46,081 bases of DNA, filler included, from Catajapyx aquilonaris (GCA_000934665.2; 2 parts of 2 records of this genome joined end to end with filler, not necessarily neighbours in it), one strand, 5' to 3'. Shown: positions 23,050-34,559, counted from the first letter of the whole stretch. Numbers and translations: made by a program. The notes: a model not told the origin generated them from the letters alone.

Positions 23050-23149
23050 NNNNNNNNNNNNNNNNNNNNNNNNNNNNNNNNNNNNNNNNNNNNTTAATTA
23101 ATTAANNNNNNNNNNNNNNNNNNNNNNNNNNNNNNNNNNNNNNNNNNNN
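23050..23149. other. Artificial 100-nt scaffold spacer with six-frame-stop linker
   Basis: N44 + TTAATTAATTAA (23094-23105) + N44. Confidence 0.9.
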
Positions 23150-23445
23150 TGTTGACTATCCGCGCATCTCCGAGGAGGCGTACTTTAGTTGCTAGATGGC
23201 TCTGCTGTTGCCAGGTTATAGCACATCGCATCGGTGTTTACTGTCCGAGCGCCATCTGTCAACAAAACAGTCCGCTCGCCTAGCGCCTCCCGCATGATGC
23301 GTCTGAGCGCACCCGTTCCTTGTCTATGAACCCCCTCTAGATGGCGTTTCCGGACACAGGTTCCTAGGTCAAAAATACTTGTCTTGGTCCCCTCTATTAC
23401 CCCTGAAAGTCTTTGCAGAGTTACAATAAACACCCTGTATATAAA

Positions 23446-24155
23446 TTAATTTCGGTAAGGGGACCTCGTCATGACGAGCTAACCGCTACTTGGCGCCGAG
23501 CAAGTCACACTGGGGATGGGGAAGTGGCTTTTTCGCTTTTTATTATTCTCTTCTTCGCATGGTTGGTTGCTTGGTTTTCGTGGAAGTGCGGAGGTGCCCG
23601 GCTTGTATGGCTCTTTCATACCGCGGATTGTCCTGCTCGCACCAAACAGCATTGCCATCGAATGACTCTAGCAAATTAATGTCACAATGAAGTACCTCGG
23701 GGGTAAATGAGCCGCATGCAGTGGAGTAGCCTGCCACCTTTGCACATGGGTAATGGCCAAAATTAATTCGCATTGTTGTGGGATAAATCGGTGCAACGAT
23801 ACACCGACGGCAGCGCTATCTCCAAGCGAAAAGCTGCCCCACATTCGAATAAATTGCTCGGCGCCAAGTAGCGGCTAGCTCGTCATGACGAGGTCAGAAA
23901 AAGAGACTTGACCTCGCGGAATGACTTGCTCGGCGCCAAGTAGCGGCTAGCTCGTCATGACGAGGTCAGAAATAGAGACTTGACCTCGCGGAATGACTTG
24001 CTCGGCGCCAAGTAGCGGCTAGCTCGTCATGACGAGGTCAGGAGAATATTTTGACAGCCGCGAGGTCCCGCGACGTGGCGGCTATCCTGAGGCGAGCTCG
24101 CCAGCTTCTGGCGACCTAGCGGCAAGCTCGCGGCTAGGTTAAATTTCGGTAAGGG
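23446..24155. mobile_element. Terminal region of an EnSpm/CACTA-like element with subterminal repeats
   Basis: Ends AATTTCGGTAAGGG|TA, a word also present at ~23448. Has 2.6 tandem copies of a 72-bp unit (23854-24041), each with palindrome CTCGTCATGACGAG, plus an inverted copy at 23462-23508. It truncates the Gypsy pol. Confidence 0.55.
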
Positions 24156-26650
24156 TACTATCGAAGGTTTATACCAAAGTTTTCTGAAGTCGCTAAGCCC
24201 TTACATAATTTGACGAGTAAGAAGTCGGTGTTCCACTGGGAAGAAGCAGAACAGAGAGCTTTTGAAACCCTAAAGGAAAAGCTATCAACAGCACCCATCC
24301 TAGCATATCCAGATTTCACCCTGCCTTTCCGTATCTATACAGATGCGAGCGCCATCGGCATTGGGAATATCTTATCCCAGGTACAGAACGGAAAGGAAAG
24401 GACTCTGGTTTACTCCAGCAAACTTCTTTCGGCCGCTGAACGCAACTACTCCGTTATTGAACGGGAGGCTTTGGGTGTTATCCAGGCCTTAAAAACATTC
24501 CGCCCGTATATCTACGGTCAAAGTTGTGAAGTCATTACAGATCACAACCCACTTCGGTGGCTACGGTCTATGAAGAACCCGACCGGAAAGTTTGCCCTGT
24601 GGATTCTGATGCTGGAGGAGTATTCCCCTCACATATCGTACAAGCCTGGGAAACTCTTAACCCACGTTGATGCTTTATCCCGGTTCCCCCAGCCGTCGGC
24701 TGAGGTCACTTGCTCTCCCGTTAGAAACCAACCTCTCGCTTCTGATTGGCAAAGCCGCGACTCAGGTATCTTGAACCTCAGACAACATTTGTACCACGGT
24801 ACACCGCTGGATCCAGATTCAGTGTGGAAGAAAGATCTTCCATATTTGGTCGTGGACAAACATTTGGTGTATCGGCGAAAAGGCATCAGAGATAACGAGG
24901 TCCTTATTCCTCCTAGCCAAGGGAAAGCTATTTTCGACCTGTACCACAATTCAGTGACCGGTGGTCACTATGGGTTCGAAAAAACTTACGACAAAATCAA
25001 ATCCCGATTCTATTGGCCTAACATCAGTGGTGATATTAGGACTTGGTGCCGTGAATGTCTAATCTGTCAACAGACGAAGTCGCCCCGGACTAAGTTCAAA
25101 TCACCTCTACAGCCAATTGAGATTGGATCCCCATGGAAATGCTAGGTATTGATTTGATCGGTCCTTTGCCCGTCACAAAAGCCGGTAACAAATACATGCT
25201 GGTCGTAGTGGACTTCTTTACTAAGTGGGCTGAAGCCTACGCACTACCCAGTATCGATGCAGTCACCGTCGCTCAGGCATTTGTGAAGGAGTTTGTATGT
25301 CGTTTTGGTATCCCATCTGTTCTGCTCTCGGACCAAGGCACCCAATTCGACAGCACTGTATTCCATGAAATCAGCCGGATCCTTTCTTTCACTAAGGCCC
25401 GGACGACCTCGTATCACCCACAGGGGAACGGCATGGTCGAGAGGCTAAACGGAACTTTAGTTCAGCTTCTCAAGGCTCAGATCGCTTCTAACCCAGATCA
25501 CTGGGATGAGCTAATGCCGTACACCTTGCTTTCCTACCGCAATAACATCCATGCCTCCACCAAAGTCACTCCTTTCAGGATGACATTCGGTAGAGAAGCA
25601 AAACTACCCGAAGACTTGCTCCTTTTGGGTAGATCAAACGAAGGCGAAACCTCTTCTGGTTACGTCCGACGGATTGCCAAGGACATCCATGAGCTATTCC
25701 AAAAGGCACGTCTGAAGCTAGACGCTGCCCGCCAGAAGCAAAAGAAGCAATACGATAAAACTGTTCATGGAGAACCTTACCCGGAGGATTTATGGGTTTG
25801 GCTGAAACGCGGGGTACATCGTAAATTCCAGAAACCATGGGCTGGACCATACAAGGTTATTCGCCGATTGGGTGACTCCACATACAGGATTGAAGACCTT
25901 GATTCGCACATCGAACAAGTGCACTTCAATCGGTTGAAACCTGCCTATGGCATCACCAACCCACCTCAAACTACTCCTGCCCAAAGACCGAGTACCACCT
26001 CGACCACACCATCCATGTGTTTCCCTCCATCCATGACGACCCTCCCGGTTGATTCCTCTGGTCCATCCTCGCCTACGCATTCGACGCCAGACAGTACCAC
26101 CCCTGTCGCGTCTACGCCAGCTACACCGGAGAGAGGTTCACCAGTCGCTTCTACGCCGTCCTCACCTGAGAGCGACAGTGCAGCGGAAACAACAACGACG
26201 ACCTCTGACAGTGATACCCTCACCGAGACACTGCCTGAGACGTCCACCCAGCTGACCGACCCGCCAGATACGACGGCTACAAGCCCGCCAGTTGCCGCAC
26301 CGCCCGCCGCTGGTCCTGGGGTCCCCGGTAGAAGCGCAGCTGCACCAGTACCTGCCGTACGACCTAAGCACACGCAGCCTGCCCTTCCTGCAGGACAACC
26401 CAGTACGTCAACAGCTGTCCCTCCACGCCTGCCAACAATTCCGCCCAGGCGCTTCTACCCGAAGGCGCAATGGCCGTACCACACACCGGGACGACCACCA
26501 CCCACAAGTAGAGGTAGAGGACCCATCAGCAGACGTCCTCCGAGAACGAAAAAGTACACCGTCACAACGGATGAAGAATCACCCCCTGATCCCGGCGCAG
26601 CCACCATGTGCACGGGACCAGTCAGTGACTCCGACGAAGACCTGGACTAA
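24156..26650 (+). pseudogene. pol: Gypsy pol (RT connection, RNase H, HHCC zinc finger, DDE integrase, GPY motif, long P/S/T tail) with one frameshift
   Basis: Motifs YYRRFIPKFS, YTDAS, NYSVIEREAL, TDHNPL, VDALSR, H...GH...C..C, IDLIGPLP, SDQGTQF, GMVERLN and WAGPYKV. A 1-nt deletion near 25135 (PW-EM) splits ORFs 24210-25145 and 25133-26650. Confidence 0.93.
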
Positions 26651-26840
26651 GTTGGTGTTCGCCGGTTCACACTGAAAGTGTTGTGTTATTTGAACTTTAT
26701 ACATGTGCGATGTGCTACTTAAGCGCACTAGTGTTGTAATGTGTTTAGAATAAGGGTGGCCACCCGCATTGTTTTAGCTTTAAGGTGTTTATGTTCACTC
26801 GCTCAGTTGATACCCTGTGCGAGAGCTTCATCGGGAGGTG

Positions 26841-27184
26841 TGTGACGGAAGCAGTCACCCTGAGCGGAATGCACTCAAGGTCCTTTCCCCCTTTTTTTTT
26901 GTGCCCCTCTCCACCCACATGCTCTGACGTCACTCCCATCATGCATGGTGTTTTGGTAGCATAAAAAGAGGGGCTCTCTGTGTACTCAGGGCCAGTCGTT
27001 GGGAGAATACCCTGATTGCTGGTCGTGGCCAGTTTTACTGTGCCGGTTTCCTTATACCTATCCTGACCATTGTTATCCTTTATTTTCCCCCTTTTTCTCC
27101 TTATGTTTCTGTACTCTCGTACGTAATAAATATCTGTACTGAGCATTGAACCCACTGGTGTCTTTTGAACCCGCTACGGTCACA
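26841..27184 (+). mobile_element. Probable 3' LTR of the Gypsy element
   Basis: TGTGACGG...CGGTCACA termini, CATAAAAA and AATAAA words, followed by TGTG. Homologous to the solo LTR at 13714-14030. Confidence 0.85.
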
Positions 27185-29710
27185 TGTGTAAGTGGCGACC
27201 CTGGTCTCTCGGAGGCGGTTTTTATGGCGGTTTTCAATTTCTTTCCATTTGCGCTCCGTTTCTGGCAGGTTGTGCGTGTCTGCGGGCAGAATCCCGAGCT
27301 CGGCACTGCACCCGAGCCACATCACTCAGCCTCCCGGCCCCTGATGGTGGGTTTAAGTGCTTTTATTAACATTGAGGCAGGTAGGGGCTGGCACGTGGTC
27401 GGTTATTATTGGGTAGGCTACTGGCTAAGTTAACTTTTACAGATAGGTATCGCAACTCGCAAGAGTACAATATCTATGCCATTTTCTTAACAAGTTGATC
27501 ATGTGCAGGTCTCACTATAGTACCTGTTAGGTGGACCGCATCTATCTTTTCCTGGTGGTGGGGGGGATAAGTCACTTTGGTAGGTTTTGGTTGGTTTACA
27601 AAAATCGCATGTGCCTTGACCAACAGGACTAATAAAAAGATATGGTTGCACTCCAAGGTGATTTCCAAAGTTTTTTTTCACAAGCTTTTGTGTGAATGTA
27701 TTTTTATATGCCTTTCAAAAATCCAGCTCATATTTCTTTTTCCACATTGAAAATGTATAAATTTTTTAATTTTAATACTTTGTGTAGGCCCATATTTTGA
27801 GTTGGATTCAAAAGTGTTGTTAGAATGTCTCCCTGATATCCACAAGTGACCTATATGGAATAAACACCCTTTGACTTCAGTAGGACATTAACAGCATGTG
27901 AGCATCCAGCCACACTTGACCATGCTGTTTTTTTTTGTATTGTGCCTAGAGGGAATGGTCAACCGCAAACACGATCCTTCTATTGTGTAGGGAGGGTGGG
28001 ATGCACTGATGTCTCCTCTTTCGGCCAGAGTTGGAACTCGAAGAAGTCCGGATTTTCGTTATCCCCCCCCCCCCTTTTTTTAAACGTTTTCAAGTGGGTG
28101 CATTGTTATTTTAAATTTCAGTGGCGACATTCTGAGTCACAATTTTTCCATAGAACTGGTATTTAATAAAATTGATGCTTACATAGGAATGTGGCAATGC
28201 TTTCAACTTCGCATAATTTTAAACCAGTATTAGTGACAATGTGACATAATGGGAAATATAAGGTCTCCAGTAACGCAACTGTAACACAATGTTCGGTGAA
28301 TGTCCAGTGAACGTTACATATTTTTTCATTGGGGCACGGTACTTTCTCACAATAAGTGCGATGGACCAAAATGGGACGAATAAACCGGGTATTTTGTCGT
28401 TGTATTCCTAAGCATGTTAACCTGTTTTATGTATGGAAACTCAATAACAGGATGTGCAGTTTGACCTGCTTCGATCAGGGAAACTACGAGGTAAACGCCC
28501 GTCCATCTGCAGGTCATAAGGGGAGCGAAAACGCACTCATGAAGTCATGAGAACGTGTACAGTACTGAACCTTTTACACTGTTTACAGCAGTTTTCAGCA
28601 TGACTAAGGGCCAGTTGCACCGGCTTAACCTGGCAGGAGTGCCAGAACTCTTCCTTTTTGATTTTTTAAATCTCGTTACATGTTATGTATGTGTTATGTA
28701 GTGCCAAGCAGAGGGAGGGAGGTAAAGAATCTATGGATTGTTTACCCAAGCAACCAGGTTAAAAAGAAGAACCCCATAGGAAACAATAATCACAAGGACG
28801 CAGTAGTCACTTGTGGTCGCAGTAACGCAATTTTCCAAAAGTGCCGCAAACGTGTAGGCAAAGCGAACCCTACGACTGAGTAAGAGTTCAGGATTCGACA
28901 AGATTCATTGGAGCAGTTGCCAAATATTATGAAATTAATATAATTATTTAATAATATAATATCCCAATAATCAATGATATTCAGCGTTGCCAGACACAGG
29001 GATATATCCCTAGATTTAGGGATTTCGGCATGCCCTTACGCCTTAGGGATTTAGGGACAAATTGATATATAATATACCGTATAAACGGGCGTTTGTTCGC
29101 ACGGTTGTTAGAGTATATCCTGTTTGTTCGTCCCATTTCAATGCCGAACCCGTTCCAGACCAGTTCCGGGGCGACCATGGTAACGGATTTCCGTGATTGC
29201 AATGATTACATTTACAATCATTGATTGTTGTTGATTGGTTGTTTCCATGGTTACGTATGTAAACACAATACCACGGCAACAATGGCATTCTACAGTGTCA
29301 AAATAGTTTTAAAATATTTCGTGTCATTGAGCACGGGCTAATGTCATAACGATTTTTTTTGTTTTTTGTTTTTTGTTTTTTGTTTTTTGTTTTTTGTTTT
29401 TTTTGCTGGCCATCGACACATTCGCGCAGTAATGTGTGCTGGATAGCAAGATACATGAACTATACCAAATAAGCCGAGGGAGAATAAACGGAGCGAGGGC
29501 CACCAAACGCGGATGTGGAGACTTGACACGTCCACTCCTTGAACCATGGCTTGATCGAACAGAACTTCCTGACATTTCTGGAGGAAGGAGGGTCGACTGT
29601 TGTTGATGTGCTCCTCTAGGTCATGCGGGAAGCGTCTGTGGACACTCCTGATGGCTTCGGCTATGGTAGCGACTAGGTGGAACCAAGTCAACAATGATTG
29701 CTATGGCAAT

Positions 29711-30374
29711 GGGGAAGTAGCCTTCATTTTGGAAACTACATAATAAATTCGCCCATATTTTTTTGATTTTTTTGGCATATTCCGTTTTAAGATATCAGTT
29801 CCCGTTCGGAGTAATTTGGGTTTTTATGTAGGGAAATGGTGACGTCACTGTTTCCCTAGAAAATGTTGACGTCACGCGAAGTGAAATGAACGCAAAAATG
29901 GTGTTATAGAACGCGCCCCGTCATTGTTGGGAAATGCTTCGCTGTGGTTAGCAACCGTCCCATTCCGTGAGCAAGATAGCGGCCGGGGCGCGTTTTTACT
30001 TCACGCCGCTTAATCAGCTAAGGGGCTGGCAGTGGTGCCAACTGGCAGGAATCATCTGTCACCCGAATTCGGCACATGAAGGCCCCCTTTTCTCCACCTC
30101 GATGGCCTACAGCCGCCTTGCGAATGCTTTCCGTCGTGTCCGCGGTTAATTCAAAGTCAAATTCCTCATATCTCGCAGTCAACCAGGCATTTCAGTGTAC
30201 CCTTTCGATTGGCTGCGGCGTTTTTCCCGCCAATTTTGAAGGCACTTTTAAATGTGCCGTAATTTATCCAGTAATGTCATTTTGATGCAACAGAGTGGTG
30301 GAATGTATGTTTACAGGCATGGGCTAGCTAGTTATGAACAAAAATCCCAAATCCCAGACCAAGGCTAGTTCCCC
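29711..30374. mobile_element. 664-bp TIR element with AT TSD (ISL2EU-like), nested in the Harbinger right end
   Basis: TIR GGGGAA(G/C)TAGCCTT. Removing it and one AT restores ggcaattcttgttatacc, exactly as in the MITE at 9125-9272. Confidence 0.8.
30208..30240 (+). promoter_or_regulatory. CCAAT box plus E2F/CDE and CHR cell-cycle motif
   Basis: ATTGG (30208-30212), TTTCCCGC (30223-30230), a 4-nt spacer and TTTGAA (30235-30240): canonical CDE-4nt-CHR geometry. Confidence 0.45.
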
Positions 30375-30851
30375 ATTCTTGTTATACCCGAGGTTCCAAG
30401 TTATACTGAGGCCGGTGCAACTGGCCCTAAATGAACATCCTAATATTGAAACCGATTTTTTTTGTCTTCGTGCGTGGCAACCTGCCCTGATTTCATGTGT
30501 GTCTCAAAGGAAACTTGTTTTATTTTAATAGAAATAACTTCATTCAGTAAATTTTTTGAGCATAGAAAGAGCGCCTTGATGCGATGCCTTGATGCGATGA
30601 AACCTCGATCTCTGGTTAAATCAGGTGGGGAAATCGCGCCATTCGCCATTGAACGGAGCCAGCGCCATACAGCAGCATGCGGCCACAAATGACATCATTT
30701 TTTACTTTATTAATTAATTAGTATTTAACAAACATTCGATTTTGTTGACGACATATATTAAATTTTTAATATGTCTAGGGTAGTCCCATGCTTTAATGCT
30801 TGTCAAGTTGAGTTGGATGTGGGTTGGCGCTCCTTCTGTTTCTTTGTGCAG

Positions 30852-31085
30852 CAGCTCACTTTCCCTCCTTTTTCGCTCGGTTCATGGCAGCAAGCGGTTG
30901 TGCCTGATCCTGATCCCGAGTCGAGAAGAAACCTGAGCCAGGCCCGCCAGGCCTGCACTAGCCTCCCCGGTCCGGGTGTGGGTAAGTGCTTTTAAGAACT
31001 TTGGTGCTGGGGCCGCTTGCATTAGCACTCATTTACAGGCAGCAATAGCCTTGCAGGTAGGTAGGTAGGCACGTGGTCGGTTGGG
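30852..31085 (+). other. Putative non-coding 5' exon region of PCLAF (diverged duplicate at ~27236-27420)
   Basis: Strong donor TGG|GTAAGT at 30981/30982. The PCLAF ATG exon has an acceptor at 35278 and needs an upstream exon. Confidence 0.4.
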
Positions 31086-31886
31086 TATTTGCCGGGTAGT
31101 TCTCTAACAAAAAGGCTGCCCACATTAGAAGGCGGTAGGCCACATTAGAAGGCGGTAGGCCCATTCCGGTGGAGCTGGACGCCAGCTGTTTCCCCACCAA
31201 ATAGTTTGTGCCGCTTGAGAGCTTATTGTACTCTCATTTTTGGCATTTTTGTAGCATTCAGGCCTCGATAAACCAGGGGTCCTGGATAGAAGTAGTGAAA
31301 ACTGTGGTCACCCGCCCACCCCCTTAGAGGTATTGCGGCCGCAACAAAAAGGGATAGGAGCAGTGCCCCTTACATCAACAGTGGTGTAACCTGATGAAGG
31401 CAAAGCGATATGCAGTTTATGGCCCATTTTTTTGGGTTGTATTGGTCACTAAAGAATTTAATAAAATATATTTGCTCAGAGCTGTTTACACAATGGGGCA
31501 ACGTCTCATAATTATGGGGTATTGCAATGGGACACCACATATGCTCATTTTAATTTTTTTTTGCAAGGATTTTGGTGAGCACTGCAGCTCAAAAAATGGG
31601 CCATTTTCAAATTTTCAGAAATATTTGAAATTTTTCCAGGTTCCTAGTGTGAACTGTGGCCATTTAAAAGATAAGCAATTGCAAAATTGTTTTATGACCA
31701 GATATCCGCAGCTCTGTAAACTGGCCTTTGAAAACTGAGATTCCCTGGAGATTCCACTTTTTCATATAAAATTAGGCCTCTTAGGAATAAATTCTGCCAA
31801 CAATTTATTATTATGGTACATTGCAATTCCTTAAGTGCTCTGAAAGAAAGCGGGGTCAGTGACATTGTCAGGAGGATGGGCCAGCT

Positions 31887-32247
31887 CAGCCCCCGGACAC
31901 TTCCCCTACAATCTTATCGCCTGCCGAGGCGTTTTGCATGAGGTGCTCACCTGAGAGCGCCATGAGACAGCTTGTCATTGTGCAATTATGTGGCGACCCT
32001 ACCGGATTACGCTGAACTAAGGTAGAAGGGAAGCTGCTACATGCGGGCACAACATGGCCCCGGCGACCATGTTGGGTCCCCCAATGTAGCGCTTCCCTTT
32101 TGTGCCTATAAAGTGCAGCATAGTCCGTTAGGGTCGCCACATAATTGCACAATGAAAAGCTGTCTCATGGCGATCTGAAATGAGCACCTTATGCAAAACG
32201 CCCCGGCAGGCGATAAGAGGGAGTGTCCAGAGTATTCTAAGACCATG
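31887..32247. mobile_element. P-element-like hairpin element with asymmetric ends
   Basis: CAGCCCCCGGACAC...TTCTAAGACCATG. TSD (g/t)GCCAGCT at 31879-31886 and 32248-32255. Long internal inverted arms. Confidence 0.75.
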
Positions 32248-32415
32248 TGCCAGCTTTATCACACATCACTTGTGTGAATGAGGGTATTGTTCTGGACAGA
32301 GAAAAACATGGTTGCAAAAAATATGGGGACCTTAAGGGAAATATGCAGGTTGATGCACTGACCAAGTCACTGCACATAGGGGCAGATTTGTGAAAAGGTG
32401 GACATTTCATTTATA

Positions 32416-32626
32416 CAGGGTGTTTCAACTTTTTTGTCCGAACAGTTATAGGAAATATTGCACTAAGCTGCTACTTTGTAAGCAGTGTATGCCACTTCAA
32501 CCTAAGATTCGTAGGGAATATTCCCCATTCCTCAGACAAACCGGTTGCAAGTCAATGCTTACAAAGTAGCAGCTTATAGTGCAATATTTCCGATACCTGT
32601 TCGGACAAAAAAGTTGAACCACCCTG
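32416..32626. mobile_element. Tc1/mariner-type MITE
   Basis: TA|CAGGGTG...CACCCTG|TA. Arms related to those at 11728 and 20070. Confidence 0.88.
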
Positions 32627-32909
32627 TATAAATATTAGTTGGATAGTCATGAAAAACTCTAAGTTGCTGATTTTATTTATGCTCTCAAAAATGTGAAAAT
32701 AAAAATGGCAGATCCAATATGGTGGTCGTATGGGACATTTCCATATAGTATTTGTGAAAACGTGCGAAATGAAAGGACAGTAAAAGTTAATGATACGTAA
32801 AATGTTTTATTTTTGTTTCATCTCTGTGACTTAGAGTGGAATATAGAAAAAATTTACAAAAAAATACTTCATTTAAAAATGAGCCCTTGCAGCTAATTAT
32901 GTTTGCAAC

Positions 32910-33273
32910 GGGGAGGTGTAGATGGCCGAGATGGTAACGTCTCGGCTTGCTGAGTGAAAGGCCCCAGGTTCGATCCCCGCCTGGGGAACTTTCCTTTCAC
33001 CTGCGTCAGGAGGGTCTCTGACCTGCACCAAGGAGGTCTGGTGTCTCGCAACCTAACCTCCTGGGGAACAGCACATGACCCATTAGCTACGACATTGCAC
33101 CTTGCACCCATGTTCCCTCCCCAAAAATTCCAATCCTTTCCCTTTGTTCCTGTTTCCTTGCACCGGTGAATGAAGCAGAAAATATATACAGAAAACTGAT
33201 GGTGGTATGCCACCCCCCTATAGCACCCATAAGGGTCATCACGGGGTAAACGAAATAAAAAAATAAAAAGTAA
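32910..33273 (+). mobile_element. Full-length tRNA-derived SINE family C
   Basis: A-box TGGCCGAGATGG, B-box GGTTCGATCC, A-rich tail and 15-bp TSD aattatgt(t/c)tgcaac (32895-32909 and 33274-33288). Confidence 0.9.
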
Positions 33274-34399
33274 AATTATGTCTGCAACAAAAACATACTA
33301 ATGTTAAATCATTCCCTTTGAGCCAGTGAAAATTTTATTGACATGGAGAAAGCCAAATAAGTATTTGGCAGAGGTGACTCAAAGCAAAAGTTTTCATACA
33401 TACCGGTAATGTTCGATTAAATTAAATTAAATTCCCTACCTGGAGGGGGGGGGGGGGGGNGGGGGGGGGGATTGTATTTTTTATATTAATTGAATGCAAG
33501 TTAGTGCAGCCAAAGTTCGGTTTTTTAATTGCCAAGGACTTAATCTTTGTCTTACCACATATATCTCAGGGGCGTGGCATGACGCGAGTTTTGTATGACA
33601 AGAACACCGTGTTCTTATTTGTATTAGCGTTATAAAAAGGCACCTATTTCAGCATGAAGATTACTTTCGAAGATGATGTATCATCAAAAATGTGACAAGG
33701 ATGTAGCTCATACTTTGAAACACGGACGCCCTAGTGGGAAATCGGCCATAAAAATTGGAGAGCCAAAGAACATTCCACCGACTTAGGGCCAAACACTCAC
33801 TGAAGAAGAGGGTGACAGAATTTCTTTACATATCGGCCCGATTTGGGCAGCTGGCCAAGTTTCTAAGTCCAGCTGTGGTTAATTACTGCTCATTTGTGAT
33901 GCTCAAAGGTGCTGATAATGTCATATGATACTTTTTACACTGTACACTCACTGTCTGAAAAAAAAAATGTCCGCCTTTTCACAAATCTGCCCCACTGTGC
34001 ACTGGTTCAATAGGAAATTATGGATCTTTTCTGCTGAGATTTAAAAAAATCACAATTCACAATTTTACGGCAAGAAAATGCCTAGATGGCCAAGTCCAAC
34101 ATTGATTTTTGGTGTTTCTTGTACTTATCAAATGGCGACAAGTTTGAGACAAATAGGTCTTTGACAGTGCTATTTTACCTTGGCCATTTGATCATGTATG
34201 AAATTTAATCGACTCCATCTTTTCATGGACAGCTCCCACCCACCACCTTACCTGAATGCAACCCCAAATCTCGCCCAAATACAGGGTGATTCTCTCGAAT
34301 GGAAACACAAACATTTCTCAATAACCTTTTAACTATGGTATGGTTCCCGATGAAAATTGACATGTACTTACCTTGTATCATGCCAAACAATGCCTGACT

Positions 34400-34547
34400 A
34401 AAAAATATACCAAAAGTGGTCCCCTCCAAATTTTTTAAATGCGAGTCTGCATATTGCCGAAGACTCCTCCTGAGGAGTCTTCAGCAATATGCAGACTCGC
34501 ATTTAAAAAATTTGGATGCTGGAGGGGACCACTTTTGGTATATTTTC
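34400..34547. repeat. ~150-bp near-perfect palindrome
   Basis: aaaatataccaaaagtggtcccctcca...gaagactcctc pairs with gaggagtcttc...tggaggggaccacttttggtatatttt. Confidence 0.85.
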
Positions 34548-34559
34548 ATGGGGTAAGCA

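Larger units (their letters stand above)
24156..27184 (+). mobile_element. Ty3/Gypsy LTR retrotransposon, 5'-truncated
   Basis: Domain order RT end - RNase H - integrase, followed by a short purine tract and an LTR. Confidence 0.95.
28608..30427. mobile_element. 1.8-kb non-autonomous PIF/Harbinger-type element
   Basis: TAA|GGGCCAGTTGCACCGGC...GCCGGTGCAACTGGCCC|TAA. Confidence 0.85.
32373..33999. mobile_element. Transib-like non-autonomous element containing a nested MITE and SINE
   Basis: TIR CACA(TA/GT)GGGGCAGATTTGTGAAAAGG.GGACATTT and perfect 5-bp TSD CACTG (32368-32372 and 34000-34004). Confidence 0.85.

Noticed and set aside
23854..24041. CRISPR-like palindromic repeats (also the 26-bp repeats at 38645-38748)
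   Set aside because: The intervening sequences are themselves repeated, so there are no unique spacers. No cas genes are present and the context is eukaryotic.
25133..25145. Programmed frameshift between the two Gypsy ORFs
   Set aside because: It falls inside integrase with no slippery heptamer. A 1-nt deletion or sequencing error is the simpler explanation.
27193..27204. TGGCGACCCTGG as a primer-binding site after the LTR (tandem-element signature)
   Set aside because: It lies 8 nt from the LTR end, TGTG is better explained as the TSD, no gag follows, and TGGCGACCCT occurs in unrelated repeats here.
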